DNA from: a virus
Taxonomy: Duplodnaviria; Caudoviricetes
Reading direction: 5' to 3' (one strand)
Length of the DNA stretch: 64,000 bases
IMG/VR virus record: IMGVR_UViG_3300013426_000001
Location: 1 to 64,000 of that record
The position numbers and the translations under genes were made by a program. This document shows positions 17,880-27,731 of this stretch, in pieces. The notes under the pieces were generated by a model. That model was not told the DNA's origin and made no database searches. It saw only the letters and a list, made by a program, of their open reading frames with translations. The first letter of the stretch is position 1; each line of letters opens with the position of its first letter.

Positions 17880-18593
17880 ATGGCAACAACAACCAAAAAA
17901 GAAACCACCGAAGAAGTGGTAAAAGAAACAAAACCCGCCGAAACCAAAACGGCGAAACCCGACAACGTAGACGCGAAACTCGAAAAACTCACCGACCTTA
18001 TGGCGACTTTTATGCAAGGCGTTATGATGACCCAGGCGAATCAAACCGTCGCGCAGCAGTCCGTGGAAAGCCTTCATGGCGGAAAAATCAAAATCGTCCA
18101 CTTGGCGCAGATGGACCCGCAACTTGGCACGATAATTCACCTTTCCAACCTTGATGTCGGTATGACGAATTTCGGCGAAGAAAGACTTTTGACGATTCAG
18201 CAGTTCGAAGAGCTTTTGTCGAAGCACAGAAGTTGGTTTACGAAAGGTCTTTTGTGCGTAGCGAAAGGCTACGAAGAAGAGGCGAGAACTTACGGTGTAA
18301 CGACCGTTGACGAGTGTCCGATTGATAGCACGTTTATTAAAACGCTCGGTGATGTTCCGATGACAAAAATCGAAGAGGTTTATAACAGGCTTCCCGAATA
18401 TGGTCAGGAAAATCTTGTAAGTTATTGGCTCAGATGTGCTTATGAAGGAAACCCGAAATTCAGAGATATTCGCAGGGTTAAGTCGTTTAATGACATAACT
18501 GGCGGTAAACTTGAAAACTTTCTTGTTGAGCTTAATAGAAAAGTTGAAAGCGGTGTTCAGCAGAATACCAGACCGAACATTGTAAGATACTAA
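17880..18593 (+). CDS. Hypothetical head-module protein (YonA-like position)
   Basis: SD AAGGAG before ATG 17880; low-complexity N-terminus. Confidence 0.6.
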   Translation: MATTTKKETTEEVVKETKPAETKTAKPDNVDAKLEKLTDLMATFMQGVMMTQANQTVAQQSVESLHGGKIKIVHLAQMDPQLGTIIHLSNLDVGMTNFGEERLLTIQQFEELLSKHRSWFTKGLLCVAKGYEEEARTYGVTTVDECPIDSTFIKTLGDVPMTKIEEVYNRLPEYGQENLVSYWLRCAYEGNPKFRDIRRVKSFNDITGGKLENFLVELNRKVESGVQQNTRPNIVRY

Positions 18594-18608
18594 TTTAATT
18601 AACCAAAT

Positions 18609-18643
18609 AAAAGCCCCATTTCATTACACGATTTGGGGCTTTT
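18609..18643 (+). terminator. Hairpin / putative terminator
   Basis: aaaagcccca/tggggctttt inverted repeat. Confidence 0.5.
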
Positions 18644-18674
18644 GTAATAAAAAAAATAACGGAGGGGAACACCA

Positions 18675-19385
18675 ATGATTCAGTTCTCAGATATTTACGA
18701 GCGGACGGTTAATCTTATTGATGACCCCGATATAAACAGAGCTTATTTAACAAACACGATTGAATTTCAGAAAATAATGTACAACTTTCTCATCAACGGG
18801 CTAAGCTATATAACCCATCCAATAAAAGTGACCGACGCGCTTGCACAGTACGATAAACCGACTGGCGAGACAGAAGTCGGTGCTTGCGAAGCTGGAAAAC
18901 AGACTTATGAAGTAAGTATGGAAATACCCGAAGACGCAGATGTTGTATTTTACATAGACACGCCGAATAAAAAAGGCGTGTTAGTTAAACAACAAGCGGA
19001 AGCGACTTATGACGCAACCGACAAAACCGTGACTTTCGTAAAACCCGTAAGTGATGGCGAACAATATGAGATCGAATGGTACAAAGCTGGCGAATTTACA
19101 GCCGATTTTACACAGGCGGGTGCTGCAATAGGCTCGTCGATGACGAAGAGGGTTATCGAAATCCTCGCGAGAACAACGGTAATCGCTTGGGCGGAAAAGG
19201 AGCAGAACTTCTTGCTCGATATTCGCAATCTGCTTAATGATACCGATTTCAAACTTCATTCTCCCGCAAACTCGTTAAAGACAAAAACCGAATGGGTGAA
19301 TAGCCTTCAATTTGAGATTTACTCGTTGCAGAATAGGCTCGACTGGGATTTGCGGAACAGGAGCGTGAGTTGGTATGGATACTAA
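18675..19385 (+). CDS. Probable head-tail adaptor protein
   Basis: Neck position; QFSDIYE...DTDFKLHSPANSL pattern with a central beta-rich insert. Confidence 0.55.
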   Translation: MIQFSDIYERTVNLIDDPDINRAYLTNTIEFQKIMYNFLINGLSYITHPIKVTDALAQYDKPTGETEVGACEAGKQTYEVSMEIPEDADVVFYIDTPNKKGVLVKQQAEATYDATDKTVTFVKPVSDGEQYEIEWYKAGEFTADFTQAGAAIGSSMTKRVIEILARTTVIAWAEKEQNFLLDIRNLLNDTDFKLHSPANSLKTKTEWVNSLQFEIYSLQNRLDWDLRNRSVSWYGY

Positions 19386-19716
19386 TACGTTCGAAAATCG
19401 CATCATTATTTCTAACGCCGCGAAGAAAAAATTTCTTGAAAAGCTTATCGGCAAGATGATAAAGATTTTACACCTTGTTGAAGAGAGAGAAGAAACAGGC
19501 GTTGACCCCAGAGATTTCATATATGGACAACTTGTCGAGTTAAACTCGGCTAACCAATTATTCGACAACGAACTCGTGGAAATAATCGTTAAATTAAACG
19601 TGGTTTACCGCGATTTCAACAATGTCGAATTCAAAGCAATAAAAAAACAAATTTTCGAGATAAAGCGCAAAATCAATTATATGATTGAATTGCTCGAAGA
19701 CGAGGAGGTAAAGTGA
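19375..19716 (+). CDS. Hypothetical neck-region protein
   Basis: 113-aa helical ORF overlapping both neighbours. Confidence 0.55.
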   Translation: MDTNTFENRIIISNAAKKKFLEKLIGKMIKILHLVEEREETGVDPRDFIYGQLVELNSANQLFDNELVEIIVKLNVVYRDFNNVEFKAIKKQIFEIKRKINYMIELLEDEEVK

Positions 19717-21020
19717 TGGGCAAAATAATAAACAGTGCTTTTACTCCTACCTCTTACGTCTACGACCTCGAAAATAACGTCGGCGCAAATAACGGTGAAC
19801 CGTATAAAACGATTTCGCAAACGCCGAAGAATTACAGTAAATACAATTATTACTTGCACACATTGCAGGATAAAGTCGATGCAGACTGGAAGTATCGCCC
19901 GAACAGGGTTGATGTTGAAGAGGAAGAAATTGCCGATTGGGGGACGTCTAAATATACTCCGATTGAAGTCGTTATACAGACAATCAAGAATGATAAAGGC
20001 GAGAAGTTGGCGGATGATTACAAGAAAATCGTATTCCGCGATATAACGCACGATAAATTTATCGGAATGAAATATCGTTTTTCGTTTAACTTCGATTTGG
20101 AAGAACCTGATGAAGATAAATTCTGTTGGCTTATTACGAACCAGAATTCGACAGATATGACGGACGGCGTTGTTATAACTCGTTGTAATGGAACTATTGC
20201 GTCGGTTTATAAGAACGCAGACGGATATAACGACATTCACATTGAAGAGGTCGTCGCAGGAACCGATTTGTCTGGAACTGGCTTTCATTTCAACGAAGCA
20301 ATTCTGACCCAAAAAGACAGCATTGCGATGATTGTGCAGGCAAACGCTTATACGAAGCAATATTACATCAACCAACGTTTTATCGTTGGCTATGACACCG
20401 TATATAAAGTTACGAACATCGAAAACTATAACAGCCGAAGCACTTATAAAGCGACGGATAACGGTTTAATCGTGTTATACGCAACGGTTGACCAAAAGGG
20501 CGAGCAGGATATGTTCGACAAAGAGGTCTACGGCAAAGAGCACGTTTATCTCGCGTATAACAAGCCCGAAGATCAAATCACGGTCACACCGCCTGATACG
20601 AGCGAGGGTTATACGTTCAGATTCTACGAACCCGTTCCGATGCCGACCGAATTATATAGTGAACCCGTTACGTTCAAAGTCGGCTTATTCAAAGGTGACG
20701 CGCTGGTCGAAGCGCCTGTTAATATCAGCATAACGCTCGGTACGCTCGTCCCGTTCGCGGTTTACGACCCGAATACTTATGCGGGTTACGCGTTCCTTAT
20801 CACGAAAGACGGCGAAGATTTCTACGTTGTCGATATGGCTGATTATGAGAAGTACGTCGAAGTTGTCGATGACGACGACAAAGGCACGTTTACGCTTCGT
20901 AGACTCAAAGTTTATGCCCGCAAAGACCTCGTTGTTATGGCTTATATATCGGCAGAAAACAGCCCGACAGGCAAAGAAATGAAGCAATCGTTCGTTTTGA
21001 GTCTCCGTGGGCTTGAGTAA
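19716..21020 (+). CDS. Probable head-closure/neck protein with C-terminal Ig-like extension
   Basis: Position; WLIT...ITRCN, NQRFIV...YKVT beta pattern. Confidence 0.5.
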   Translation: MGKIINSAFTPTSYVYDLENNVGANNGEPYKTISQTPKNYSKYNYYLHTLQDKVDADWKYRPNRVDVEEEEIADWGTSKYTPIEVVIQTIKNDKGEKLADDYKKIVFRDITHDKFIGMKYRFSFNFDLEEPDEDKFCWLITNQNSTDMTDGVVITRCNGTIASVYKNADGYNDIHIEEVVAGTDLSGTGFHFNEAILTQKDSIAMIVQANAYTKQYYINQRFIVGYDTVYKVTNIENYNSRSTYKATDNGLIVLYATVDQKGEQDMFDKEVYGKEHVYLAYNKPEDQITVTPPDTSEGYTFRFYEPVPMPTELYSEPVTFKVGLFKGDALVEAPVNISITLGTLVPFAVYDPNTYAGYAFLITKDGEDFYVVDMADYEKYVEVVDDDDKGTFTLRRLKVYARKDLVVMAYISAENSPTGKEMKQSFVLSLRGLE

Positions 21021-21029
21021 AAGGAGGAA

Positions 21030-21710
21030 ATGAGCATGGGGCTTCCTATGTATTTTGACGATAACGGGTATAACCGCTACAACGACCTCGATGGGTTGGA
21101 GTGGCGAATTATACACGCGTTAGTAAACAGCGATTCGAAGTATGGAAAATACTTGTGGAAATTGCTGAAATATAACACGCCTGAATGTCTTATGAACGAC
21201 GAGCTAAACAACAAAGAAAAATATAAAATGGTTTATCGCGACAACGGCGAGGCGAGCAATTATAACGTTTTCCTACTTCCGTTTATCGACGACGGTTGGA
21301 CGAAACAGGCTTCCAGATTGGACGTTTATGTGAGCCGAATCGAACCATTTGATCAAGTTCGCTCGAAAGTCGATATCACAATCGAAATAATTGTTCATAA
21401 TAAAATCAACAATGTTTACGGCGATGCCGATGATGAAGAAAACCCGTTAACCAACCCGACAGAAACCGACGAAGATGGAAACATTTTGATTCCGACGAAG
21501 AGTCGTGCGACTACAATTTTGAAGTGTATTTTGGCAATTTTGAATGGTGTGTATGTCGATGGTGTTGGCACGTTGCAGTGTAACCAATTAACAAGCCCAT
21601 ATTGCGGGGTAAGGAGTTACGTTTGGAACAATCGTTCGTATTTTGGCTATTCGGTTACATTCTCGACGGTTATGGCGCAAGAAACGGTTAATCCCGATTG
21701 TGGTTGGTAA
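21030..21710 (+). CDS. Probable tail terminator/completion protein
   Basis: Position before tail tube; KLLKY...ITIEIIVH...LNG..VDGVG.LQ pattern. Confidence 0.5.
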   Translation: MSMGLPMYFDDNGYNRYNDLDGLEWRIIHALVNSDSKYGKYLWKLLKYNTPECLMNDELNNKEKYKMVYRDNGEASNYNVFLLPFIDDGWTKQASRLDVYVSRIEPFDQVRSKVDITIEIIVHNKINNVYGDADDEENPLTNPTETDEDGNILIPTKSRATTILKCILAILNGVYVDGVGTLQCNQLTSPYCGVRSYVWNNRSYFGYSVTFSTVMAQETVNPDCGW

Positions 21711-21723
21711 GGCGGTGGTTTAA

Positions 21724-22728
21724 GTGAAAATTTATAACCCGAATTTACCGCAATCACTTGTCGATGAACTTAATCGACTCAACGCGACGCATTTTCAATT
21801 CGATGAACCGATTCCGTTTAAAGATGGGTTGACGTTATATCCGATAAACGTCCGCTATCACGATGAATTTTTGGCGGCTTCAGAATGTTTAACGCTTAAC
21901 AAAGATGACGTAGAGGGAAATGAAGATAAAACCAACCTCGAATATCTTTTGTTAAAAATGAGCGGGAAAGCCGACCAAGAAGAGGACGAAGACGGACCGC
22001 CAAAAGGCGCGTTAGAAAAAGCTGCCGCAGAGAAAAAGGCAAAAGAAGAACAAGCTCGAATTTCGCAGTATTTTATACGCATTTGTGAGTTGGTTTTTCA
22101 CGTGAAATACGGCATACGTTGTGGAAAGTGTGGGAAGGTTTATGATTATCAAGAGTTTTTGATAAAGGCACTTGATAAAGAACATCCGTTCCATTGCGAA
22201 TGCTATAAAGGTGAAGAGGGAGAAGAGGAAGATTTCGATATCAATATAAAATATCGAATCAATCCCGAAACGAAAAAATACGAGGTTTTAATTAACGGAA
22301 TTACGATAACTTCGGAAGATTTCGATAGACTAAGGCAGATCGTAATGTACCAAAACTTGCCTGATTTCAAAGACGATACTTGGGTTGACCCTGATATGAG
22401 AGAAGACCAAGCGGAGAAACAAAGGCTTTTGGCGAAGAAAAATAACGCTGGAACGGCAACGCTGGAAAGAAAGATTGTTTGCGTTTCAGCAAAATCGTGT
22501 TATAAAATTGAAGATATTTACAAATTAACGATGAGAAAATTCCTAATTTTGTTATCTGCAATTGATGACGCGATGAATTATGAATGTACTCGTATCGGGT
22601 TAATGACTGGTATGGTAAGTACAAAAGAACCAGTTGAACACTGGATTTACAAGAAAGAATCTGACGATTTGTATGGCGGAGAGGCGGTAACGCTCGATGA
22701 CGTTCAGAAAAAAGTCGGTTCTGAATAA
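21724..22728 (+). CDS. Probable tail assembly chaperone (single ORF) with Zn-finger insert
   Basis: C-terminal IEDIYKLTMRKFLILL resembles gpT-type chaperones; CGKC...HCEC insert. Confidence 0.45.
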   Translation: MKIYNPNLPQSLVDELNRLNATHFQFDEPIPFKDGLTLYPINVRYHDEFLAASECLTLNKDDVEGNEDKTNLEYLLLKMSGKADQEEDEDGPPKGALEKAAAEKKAKEEQARISQYFIRICELVFHVKYGIRCGKCGKVYDYQEFLIKALDKEHPFHCECYKGEEGEEEDFDINIKYRINPETKKYEVLINGITITSEDFDRLRQIVMYQNLPDFKDDTWVDPDMREDQAEKQRLLAKKNNAGTATLERKIVCVSAKSCYKIEDIYKLTMRKFLILLSAIDDAMNYECTRIGLMTGMVSTKEPVEHWIYKKESDDLYGGEAVTLDDVQKKVGSE

Positions 22729-22831
22729 TTTACAAAAATTATGGCTTTAAAAACGCGGTTAATCCGCTGCGTTTTTATTTTGCTTGATTTTAATTATATA
22801 AATTTATATACTTAAAAAGGAGAATTTTAAT

Positions 22832-23674
22832 ATGGCTAACTATATTCTTGGCGATGTTATGAAAGCGGAAGCTTTTGTTAAAGGTGCCGATGGAAATCTT
22901 AAGCATTATTTTAGTGCTAATACCATGACCGATAGTACGCTCAATATATCTGTTACTGCCGAAGAGGTTCGTGGCGGTTGGGGAAACCAGTTGCTTGGTA
23001 AAATCTTCCACGACACTAATTTTGGTGTAAATCTTACCGAGGCTATGTGGTCGTTGGACTATCTTGCAGCTCAGATTGGCGAAGAAATTGGTAAAGGCGA
23101 GGGTAAAGATCTTAAGTCTGTAACGGGTACGGTAGATAATGCTGGCGCCCTTACGATTGCGGCGCTTAAAGACCTCACTGACGAAATTGTTCCAATGTTT
23201 GACAAAGCGGCTGGTTTCTGCTCTGCTGCCAATAGCACTCTTATTGTTTGGGTTAAAGACTGCAATGACAAAATGTTTACGTATACCGCTGTTAAAGGCG
23301 ATGAAAGTGGTAAATATACCTATACTCTTGTTGGAACGGATAAACCCGCCGAAGGTGCTGTGTGTATGACGTATCCGAGCAAAGTCGAAGATTGCGAGCA
23401 GCTTATTGTTTCCGCGGCTTATGCTCCGAAGGAATTCAGTTTGTTCCTTTATGGTAAACTCTTCGATGGCAATGGCTGCAAAAAGTCGAGCAGCAAATAT
23501 GCTGGTAAGATCGTTATCGAAATCCCGAGATTCCAGCTTGACGGCACGGTTGATCTTACGATGAACCCGAGTTCTGCTGCGACTGTTTCGCTTAACGGTC
23601 AGGCTCTTGCTTCTGGCTGCAGCTGCGACGGCGAACCTCAGTATGCTACTATCACGACTATCATCAATAAATAA
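22832..23674 (+). CDS. Major tail tube protein
   Basis: EEVRGGWGNQLL...IFHD; IEIPRFQLDG...L.GQALA; biased codon usage. Confidence 0.8.
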   Translation: MANYILGDVMKAEAFVKGADGNLKHYFSANTMTDSTLNISVTAEEVRGGWGNQLLGKIFHDTNFGVNLTEAMWSLDYLAAQIGEEIGKGEGKDLKSVTGTVDNAGALTIAALKDLTDEIVPMFDKAAGFCSAANSTLIVWVKDCNDKMFTYTAVKGDESGKYTYTLVGTDKPAEGAVCMTYPSKVEDCEQLIVSAAYAPKEFSLFLYGKLFDGNGCKKSSSKYAGKIVIEIPRFQLDGTVDLTMNPSSAATVSLNGQALASGCSCDGEPQYATITTIINK

Positions 23675-23850
23675 TGTCTTGTAAGTTTGCAACTGTGAAG
23701 GATATGAATTCTGTTAAATGTGCTATTGAGGGCGTTGGGAGATGTCCTTTCCAGTATTGGTGCTCGGCAGATAGATGTTATAAATGTATTGGCACCAAAG
23801 TAAAATGTAGATATTACGAAGAAGCAGATAGTTCTGATAAAACTAAATAA
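23674..23850 (+). CDS. 58-aa cysteine-rich protein not in the ORF track (MSCKFATVKDMNSVKCAIEGVGRCPFQYWCSADRCYKCIGTKVKCRYYEEADSSDKTK)
   Basis: TAATG stop/start overlap with tail tube gene; 7 Cys; ends just before a terminator. Confidence 0.65.
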   Translation: MSCKFATVKDMNSVKCAIEGVGRCPFQYWCSADRCYKCIGTKVKCRYYEEADSSDKTK

Positions 23851-23865
23851 AAAAATAAATAAATG

Positions 23866-23914
23866 GAGACCGTTAAATGTGTTGAAAATGCAATACGTTT
23901 GCGGTCTCTTTTTT
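23866..23914 (+). terminator. Intrinsic terminator after tail tube operon
   Basis: gagaccgt.../...gcggtctc stem followed by T run. Confidence 0.7.
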
Positions 23915-24034
23915 ATAAATCATATAATAAAATTTTACTTTCATTATATGATTTTAGGTTAAAAGTGAGTAAAAGGAGAGAAAAACACGCAAATTAATAA
24001 CAAAAAAATACTAAAATTAAAAAGGAGGATTTTT

Positions 24035-24751
24035 ATGTTTTACTTAGATTATGCTAAACAGGTAGGCGACAGATATATTCTTAATTTCTTCGCAGATTCT
24101 GAAGAAGATCTCAAGGATGTGCCGACCAATAAGCCTTATATAACGCGTAATGGAACTAATTACGGCATCCCTCTTGAAACATCGGTTGTCACAATCATCG
24201 AGAAAGGCGTAAAGGTAAATTACGTTCTTCAAAATGGCGAATATATAGCGGGCGGCGATGTTGCTCCTGTTGTAGGCAAACTTGAAGCGACCGAGAATAA
24301 GACTTATCTTGCAAAAGACGCGAAACTCGACGGTTATAGTCAAGTTGTAGTAAACGTTCAACCCGCGCTTCAAGAAAAATCGGCAACCCCGAGCAAATCG
24401 CAGCAAATTGTTTCGCCCGAAGAAGGGTATTATGGTTTGTCGAAGGTAACGGTTGCGAAAATTCCCGATAATTATGTAATTCCGACTGGTTCGGTAGAAA
24501 TAGCGGTTAATGGAACACATGACGTGTCTGGAAAAGCGAGCGCTATAGTAAATGTTCCTGGCAAAGAAGAGCAGGAAAAGACAGCCGCTCTCGCGATGGC
24601 GGCTGGAGATCAGAGTGTAACCCCCGATAGCGGAAAAGTTTTATCGAAAGTAACGATTACGAAACCCGAAACGTTGCTTCCTGAAAACATCAAAAAGGGT
24701 GTTACGATTGCTGGCGTCGTAGGCACTTATGAAGCTGTTGCTGGCGAATAA
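24035..24751 (+). CDS. Virion fibre/decoration-like protein
   Basis: Beta repeats (GYSQVVV, GLSKVTV, VLSKVTI) and C-terminal ENIKKGVTIAGVVG; N-domain shared with 53416. Confidence 0.6.
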   Translation: MFYLDYAKQVGDRYILNFFADSEEDLKDVPTNKPYITRNGTNYGIPLETSVVTIIEKGVKVNYVLQNGEYIAGGDVAPVVGKLEATENKTYLAKDAKLDGYSQVVVNVQPALQEKSATPSKSQQIVSPEEGYYGLSKVTVAKIPDNYVIPTGSVEIAVNGTHDVSGKASAIVNVPGKEEQEKTAALAMAAGDQSVTPDSGKVLSKVTITKPETLLPENIKKGVTIAGVVGTYEAVAGE

Positions 24752-24868
24752 TTAGTAAATAATGAGTAAATTTTCACTCCGCCTCGGTAAAACGGGGCGG
24801 AATAAATTTGAAGATAACGGGCTATAACCCGATTAAATATATTATTTCTTTGGATGGAGGATTTGGAT

Positions 24869-25195
24869 ATGATTTCAATAAATGCGTTTTATGCGTATAA
24901 AAAGGACGGTTTAACCACTGGTGAAAGCAAAGTTACGTTTAACAATTCAGCAGAAATGCTTACGATACAAGTAGACGGATTAGAGGGAGAGCTTAACTTA
25001 TATGGCACCGCTGATTTTAACTCGGATATTTTTTATAAAATGAGTGGGCACGATTTAGCTTTTGAGCAAGTGGACAAAATAACAAAAGATGGCATATACA
25101 GCTTTTCGATTGAAGGAATAGCGAAGTTTAAATTTGAAACGACCAACACAGACGAAAACATCAAAGTATTTTGCAGAATGACCAAGGGGGTATAA
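24869..25195 (+). CDS. Small beta-sandwich virion protein, probable partner of next gene
   Basis: SD GGAGG before ATG 24869; all-beta pattern. Confidence 0.5.
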   Translation: MISINAFYAYKKDGLTTGESKVTFNNSAEMLTIQVDGLEGELNLYGTADFNSDIFYKMSGHDLAFEQVDKITKDGIYSFSIEGIAKFKFETTNTDENIKVFCRMTKGV

Positions 25196-25199
25196 TCTT

Positions 25200-27428
25200 A
25201 TGACCGATCAATATGCAAGAAATTTAGCGAGTAACGCGCTTAAAAAGAGCGCGGGCGGTCAAAGCGACGTTTCAAAAGAGTACGTAGATAATCACCTCGA
25301 TAAAAAAGTAGATAAAATCGAAAGCACGTCTGCTAACCCGAGAGTATACGGCGTAAGTGAAGAAGCGGCGCAAACGACTTATTTCGCAACACAAACGCCC
25401 GATGCACACACAATACCAATGAGAGATGCGAGTGGTCGTTTTCAGGTAGCTGACGGTATAGCTCCGAAGCAAGTTATAAACAAAGGGCAGCTCGATTCTG
25501 CATTAGAAGAAGTGGCAAAACTCGGAGAACAGAATATTTTTACCGAATTGAATACTTTTACAGAAACGACACAATTTAATCTTGGAATTGAAAGTGACGG
25601 GAATGTGTCGGTTACGAACGCTGTATTTAAAGTAATGAATAACTCGGATAACGGAGACGGAACAAATAAAGATTATGTGGCGTTATATGATGCCAACAAG
25701 ATAGATCTCGAAGAAAACGGTTCAAAATATGAACTGGTCTTCCCAAAGAAGAGCGGTACTTTTGCAACAATTGGCGATTTGAGTGCAGCGCTCGATTTAA
25801 AGGTCTCGGAATTTAAAAACGTTGCCGAACTCGATTCGAGCATAGACACTTGGCAGTTAACCGACGACAATTCGATGATTAGCCTCTTGCACGATGATGA
25901 CACTTCGACAACGGCGATAAACTTATCGAAAGGGCATATCGGTTTGCAGACATACGAGGAGAAAAACGGCGACACTGAAAGTGCAGTAATTGCGTTTGAT
26001 AGCGGGACAATTACGCTTGGTGTGAACGATACTGCGACCGAAAAGTCGACGACTTTGACCATAGATGAGAACGGCGCGACACTTAATAATAAACGCGTTA
26101 TTACTGAAACCGACATTGAAGGGAAGGTAAACACGCTTGCGCAAGGGATTGTGGCAGAGGTTTATGTTCGAAACGAAGACGGAGAAGACGGGAGTCTTGC
26201 TTATACGTACTCGGCGGAAGGGAACACGATTGCGAAACGTTCGGCTTCTGGGACATTGGCGGTTGAGACGCCGACGCAACCGCAAGACGCGGCGAATAAA
26301 GCGTTTGTCGAAACTCAATGTGCAAACATACCGAAAGGGATTGTGATTTCGGATATTGCAGGCTCAACTTCGGGTGTTTTAGCGGAACCAGATTTCCAGG
26401 CGCTTGCTGGAAACCCGAATAACTATATTTTGAAAGATGGTAAAAAATACGATAGGAGTTCGGAAAGACTGCAGTTCGATTCATTAACGTATGTTTACAA
26501 CGGCTATTTGAGTAATCGTGATTTGCAGGAATCTATCGAAATTACGGTTTCGGCAAAATCGTGGGTTTTGAATTCGAGCAAACTCTTAACCGACAAAACG
26601 ATTGCGAATGGCAGAATCGGCGGCGTTTCGATAAAGAATGACTTCGCAGACGGGTTGGAAGTATCCCAGACCGACGGCAATTTGAGTATATACGGAGCGC
26701 TCGATGCCGACATAGCGGCAAGAAACTCGAAGAGACCGATAACGACCATAAACTTGAATAGGGCGGTTATTGCGGCCTTGTCTGACGACAACAAAGAAAT
26801 TCCGACACCCGATCAACAGGCGGCGTTTAAAGCGGCTTGGGGTATTACGGCTTCTCAATACGAATTAGCAGAATGTGTGGAAATCACTCCGAATAGTGCG
26901 ACGAACGGCAATTTAACCGAAGACCAGTATAACACGTTAATGGCGAGCGATGAAAATTACATTAAGCTCAATAACGAATATTACACGTTATCCGATGACG
27001 AGCACACGCCTGGAATTCGCAGTTACACACATACTGGTTGGAATGGGAATGACAATCAAAATAAAAGCATCAATATAACCAAATCGACGAAAGCTTGGAC
27101 GTTGGCGATTGGTTATAGCAAATATTACAGACATTATATAAAAGCGACGTTAAGCGACGGTAAAATTATTTATTACGATTTCCCGTCTACTCAAATGGCG
27201 GCTTATACGCTCAACACGTTGCCCGTTCAGCCCGACGACTCCCACTCGCAATTCACGCTTTTGATAAGTGGGTATTATTCGACGGTTAATGGGCAGGTTT
27301 ATCGTTCAGGCGATGGCACGGCTAAAATGATACTTAACGGCATATACACGTCGGATGGGGTGAATATTTCGTATCTCTCTCAAACGGGAACGGAAATTTC
27401 GTCTATAACTGATAAAGTAATCGATTAA
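25200..27428 (+). CDS. Tail fibre-like protein
   Basis: 742 aa; repeated TIxxRxASGxxxV...xNKxxxD modules and two internal ~70-aa repeats. Confidence 0.65.
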   Translation: MTDQYARNLASNALKKSAGGQSDVSKEYVDNHLDKKVDKIESTSANPRVYGVSEEAAQTTYFATQTPDAHTIPMRDASGRFQVADGIAPKQVINKGQLDSALEEVAKLGEQNIFTELNTFTETTQFNLGIESDGNVSVTNAVFKVMNNSDNGDGTNKDYVALYDANKIDLEENGSKYELVFPKKSGTFATIGDLSAALDLKVSEFKNVAELDSSIDTWQLTDDNSMISLLHDDDTSTTAINLSKGHIGLQTYEEKNGDTESAVIAFDSGTITLGVNDTATEKSTTLTIDENGATLNNKRVITETDIEGKVNTLAQGIVAEVYVRNEDGEDGSLAYTYSAEGNTIAKRSASGTLAVETPTQPQDAANKAFVETQCANIPKGIVISDIAGSTSGVLAEPDFQALAGNPNNYILKDGKKYDRSSERLQFDSLTYVYNGYLSNRDLQESIEITVSAKSWVLNSSKLLTDKTIANGRIGGVSIKNDFADGLEVSQTDGNLSIYGALDADIAARNSKRPITTINLNRAVIAALSDDNKEIPTPDQQAAFKAAWGITASQYELAECVEITPNSATNGNLTEDQYNTLMASDENYIKLNNEYYTLSDDEHTPGIRSYTHTGWNGNDNQNKSINITKSTKAWTLAIGYSKYYRHYIKATLSDGKIIYYDFPSTQMAAYTLNTLPVQPDDSHSQFTLLISGYYSTVNGQVYRSGDGTAKMILNGIYTSDGVNISYLSQTGTEISSITDKVID

Positions 27429-27442
27429 TAAGGAGGTAAATT

Positions 27443-27721
27443 ATGGCAGAATATTTATCTAAATACACTGGGAACAGAGTTGATTCTGCGGTTGGAATAA
27501 TTCCAAGTACGAAACCTACAGAGGATAGTGTTATAGTGGTTGGCTCTACTGGTGCATCAAGCTATAAACCTCTATCTCAAATTGAAGGGACGGATGTTGA
27601 GGCGAATTCTTCAGCATCTGCCACTCAAGATTTAAGTAAGTTAACAGTCGGCACTACAACATATAATTTAGCAATAAAATCAGCCGTTTTGAATGGCACA
27701 GTGCTAACGTTGACGATATAA
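27443..27721 (+). CDS. Minimal fibre adaptor (YTG-type N-module plus GTxLTLTI C-module)
   Basis: N-terminus matches 41354 gene; C-terminus matches 39688 gene. Confidence 0.65.
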   Translation: MAEYLSKYTGNRVDSAVGIIPSTKPTEDSVIVVGSTGASSYKPLSQIEGTDVEANSSASATQDLSKLTVGTTTYNLAIKSAVLNGTVLTLTI

Positions 27722-27731
27722 GGAGTTCACT

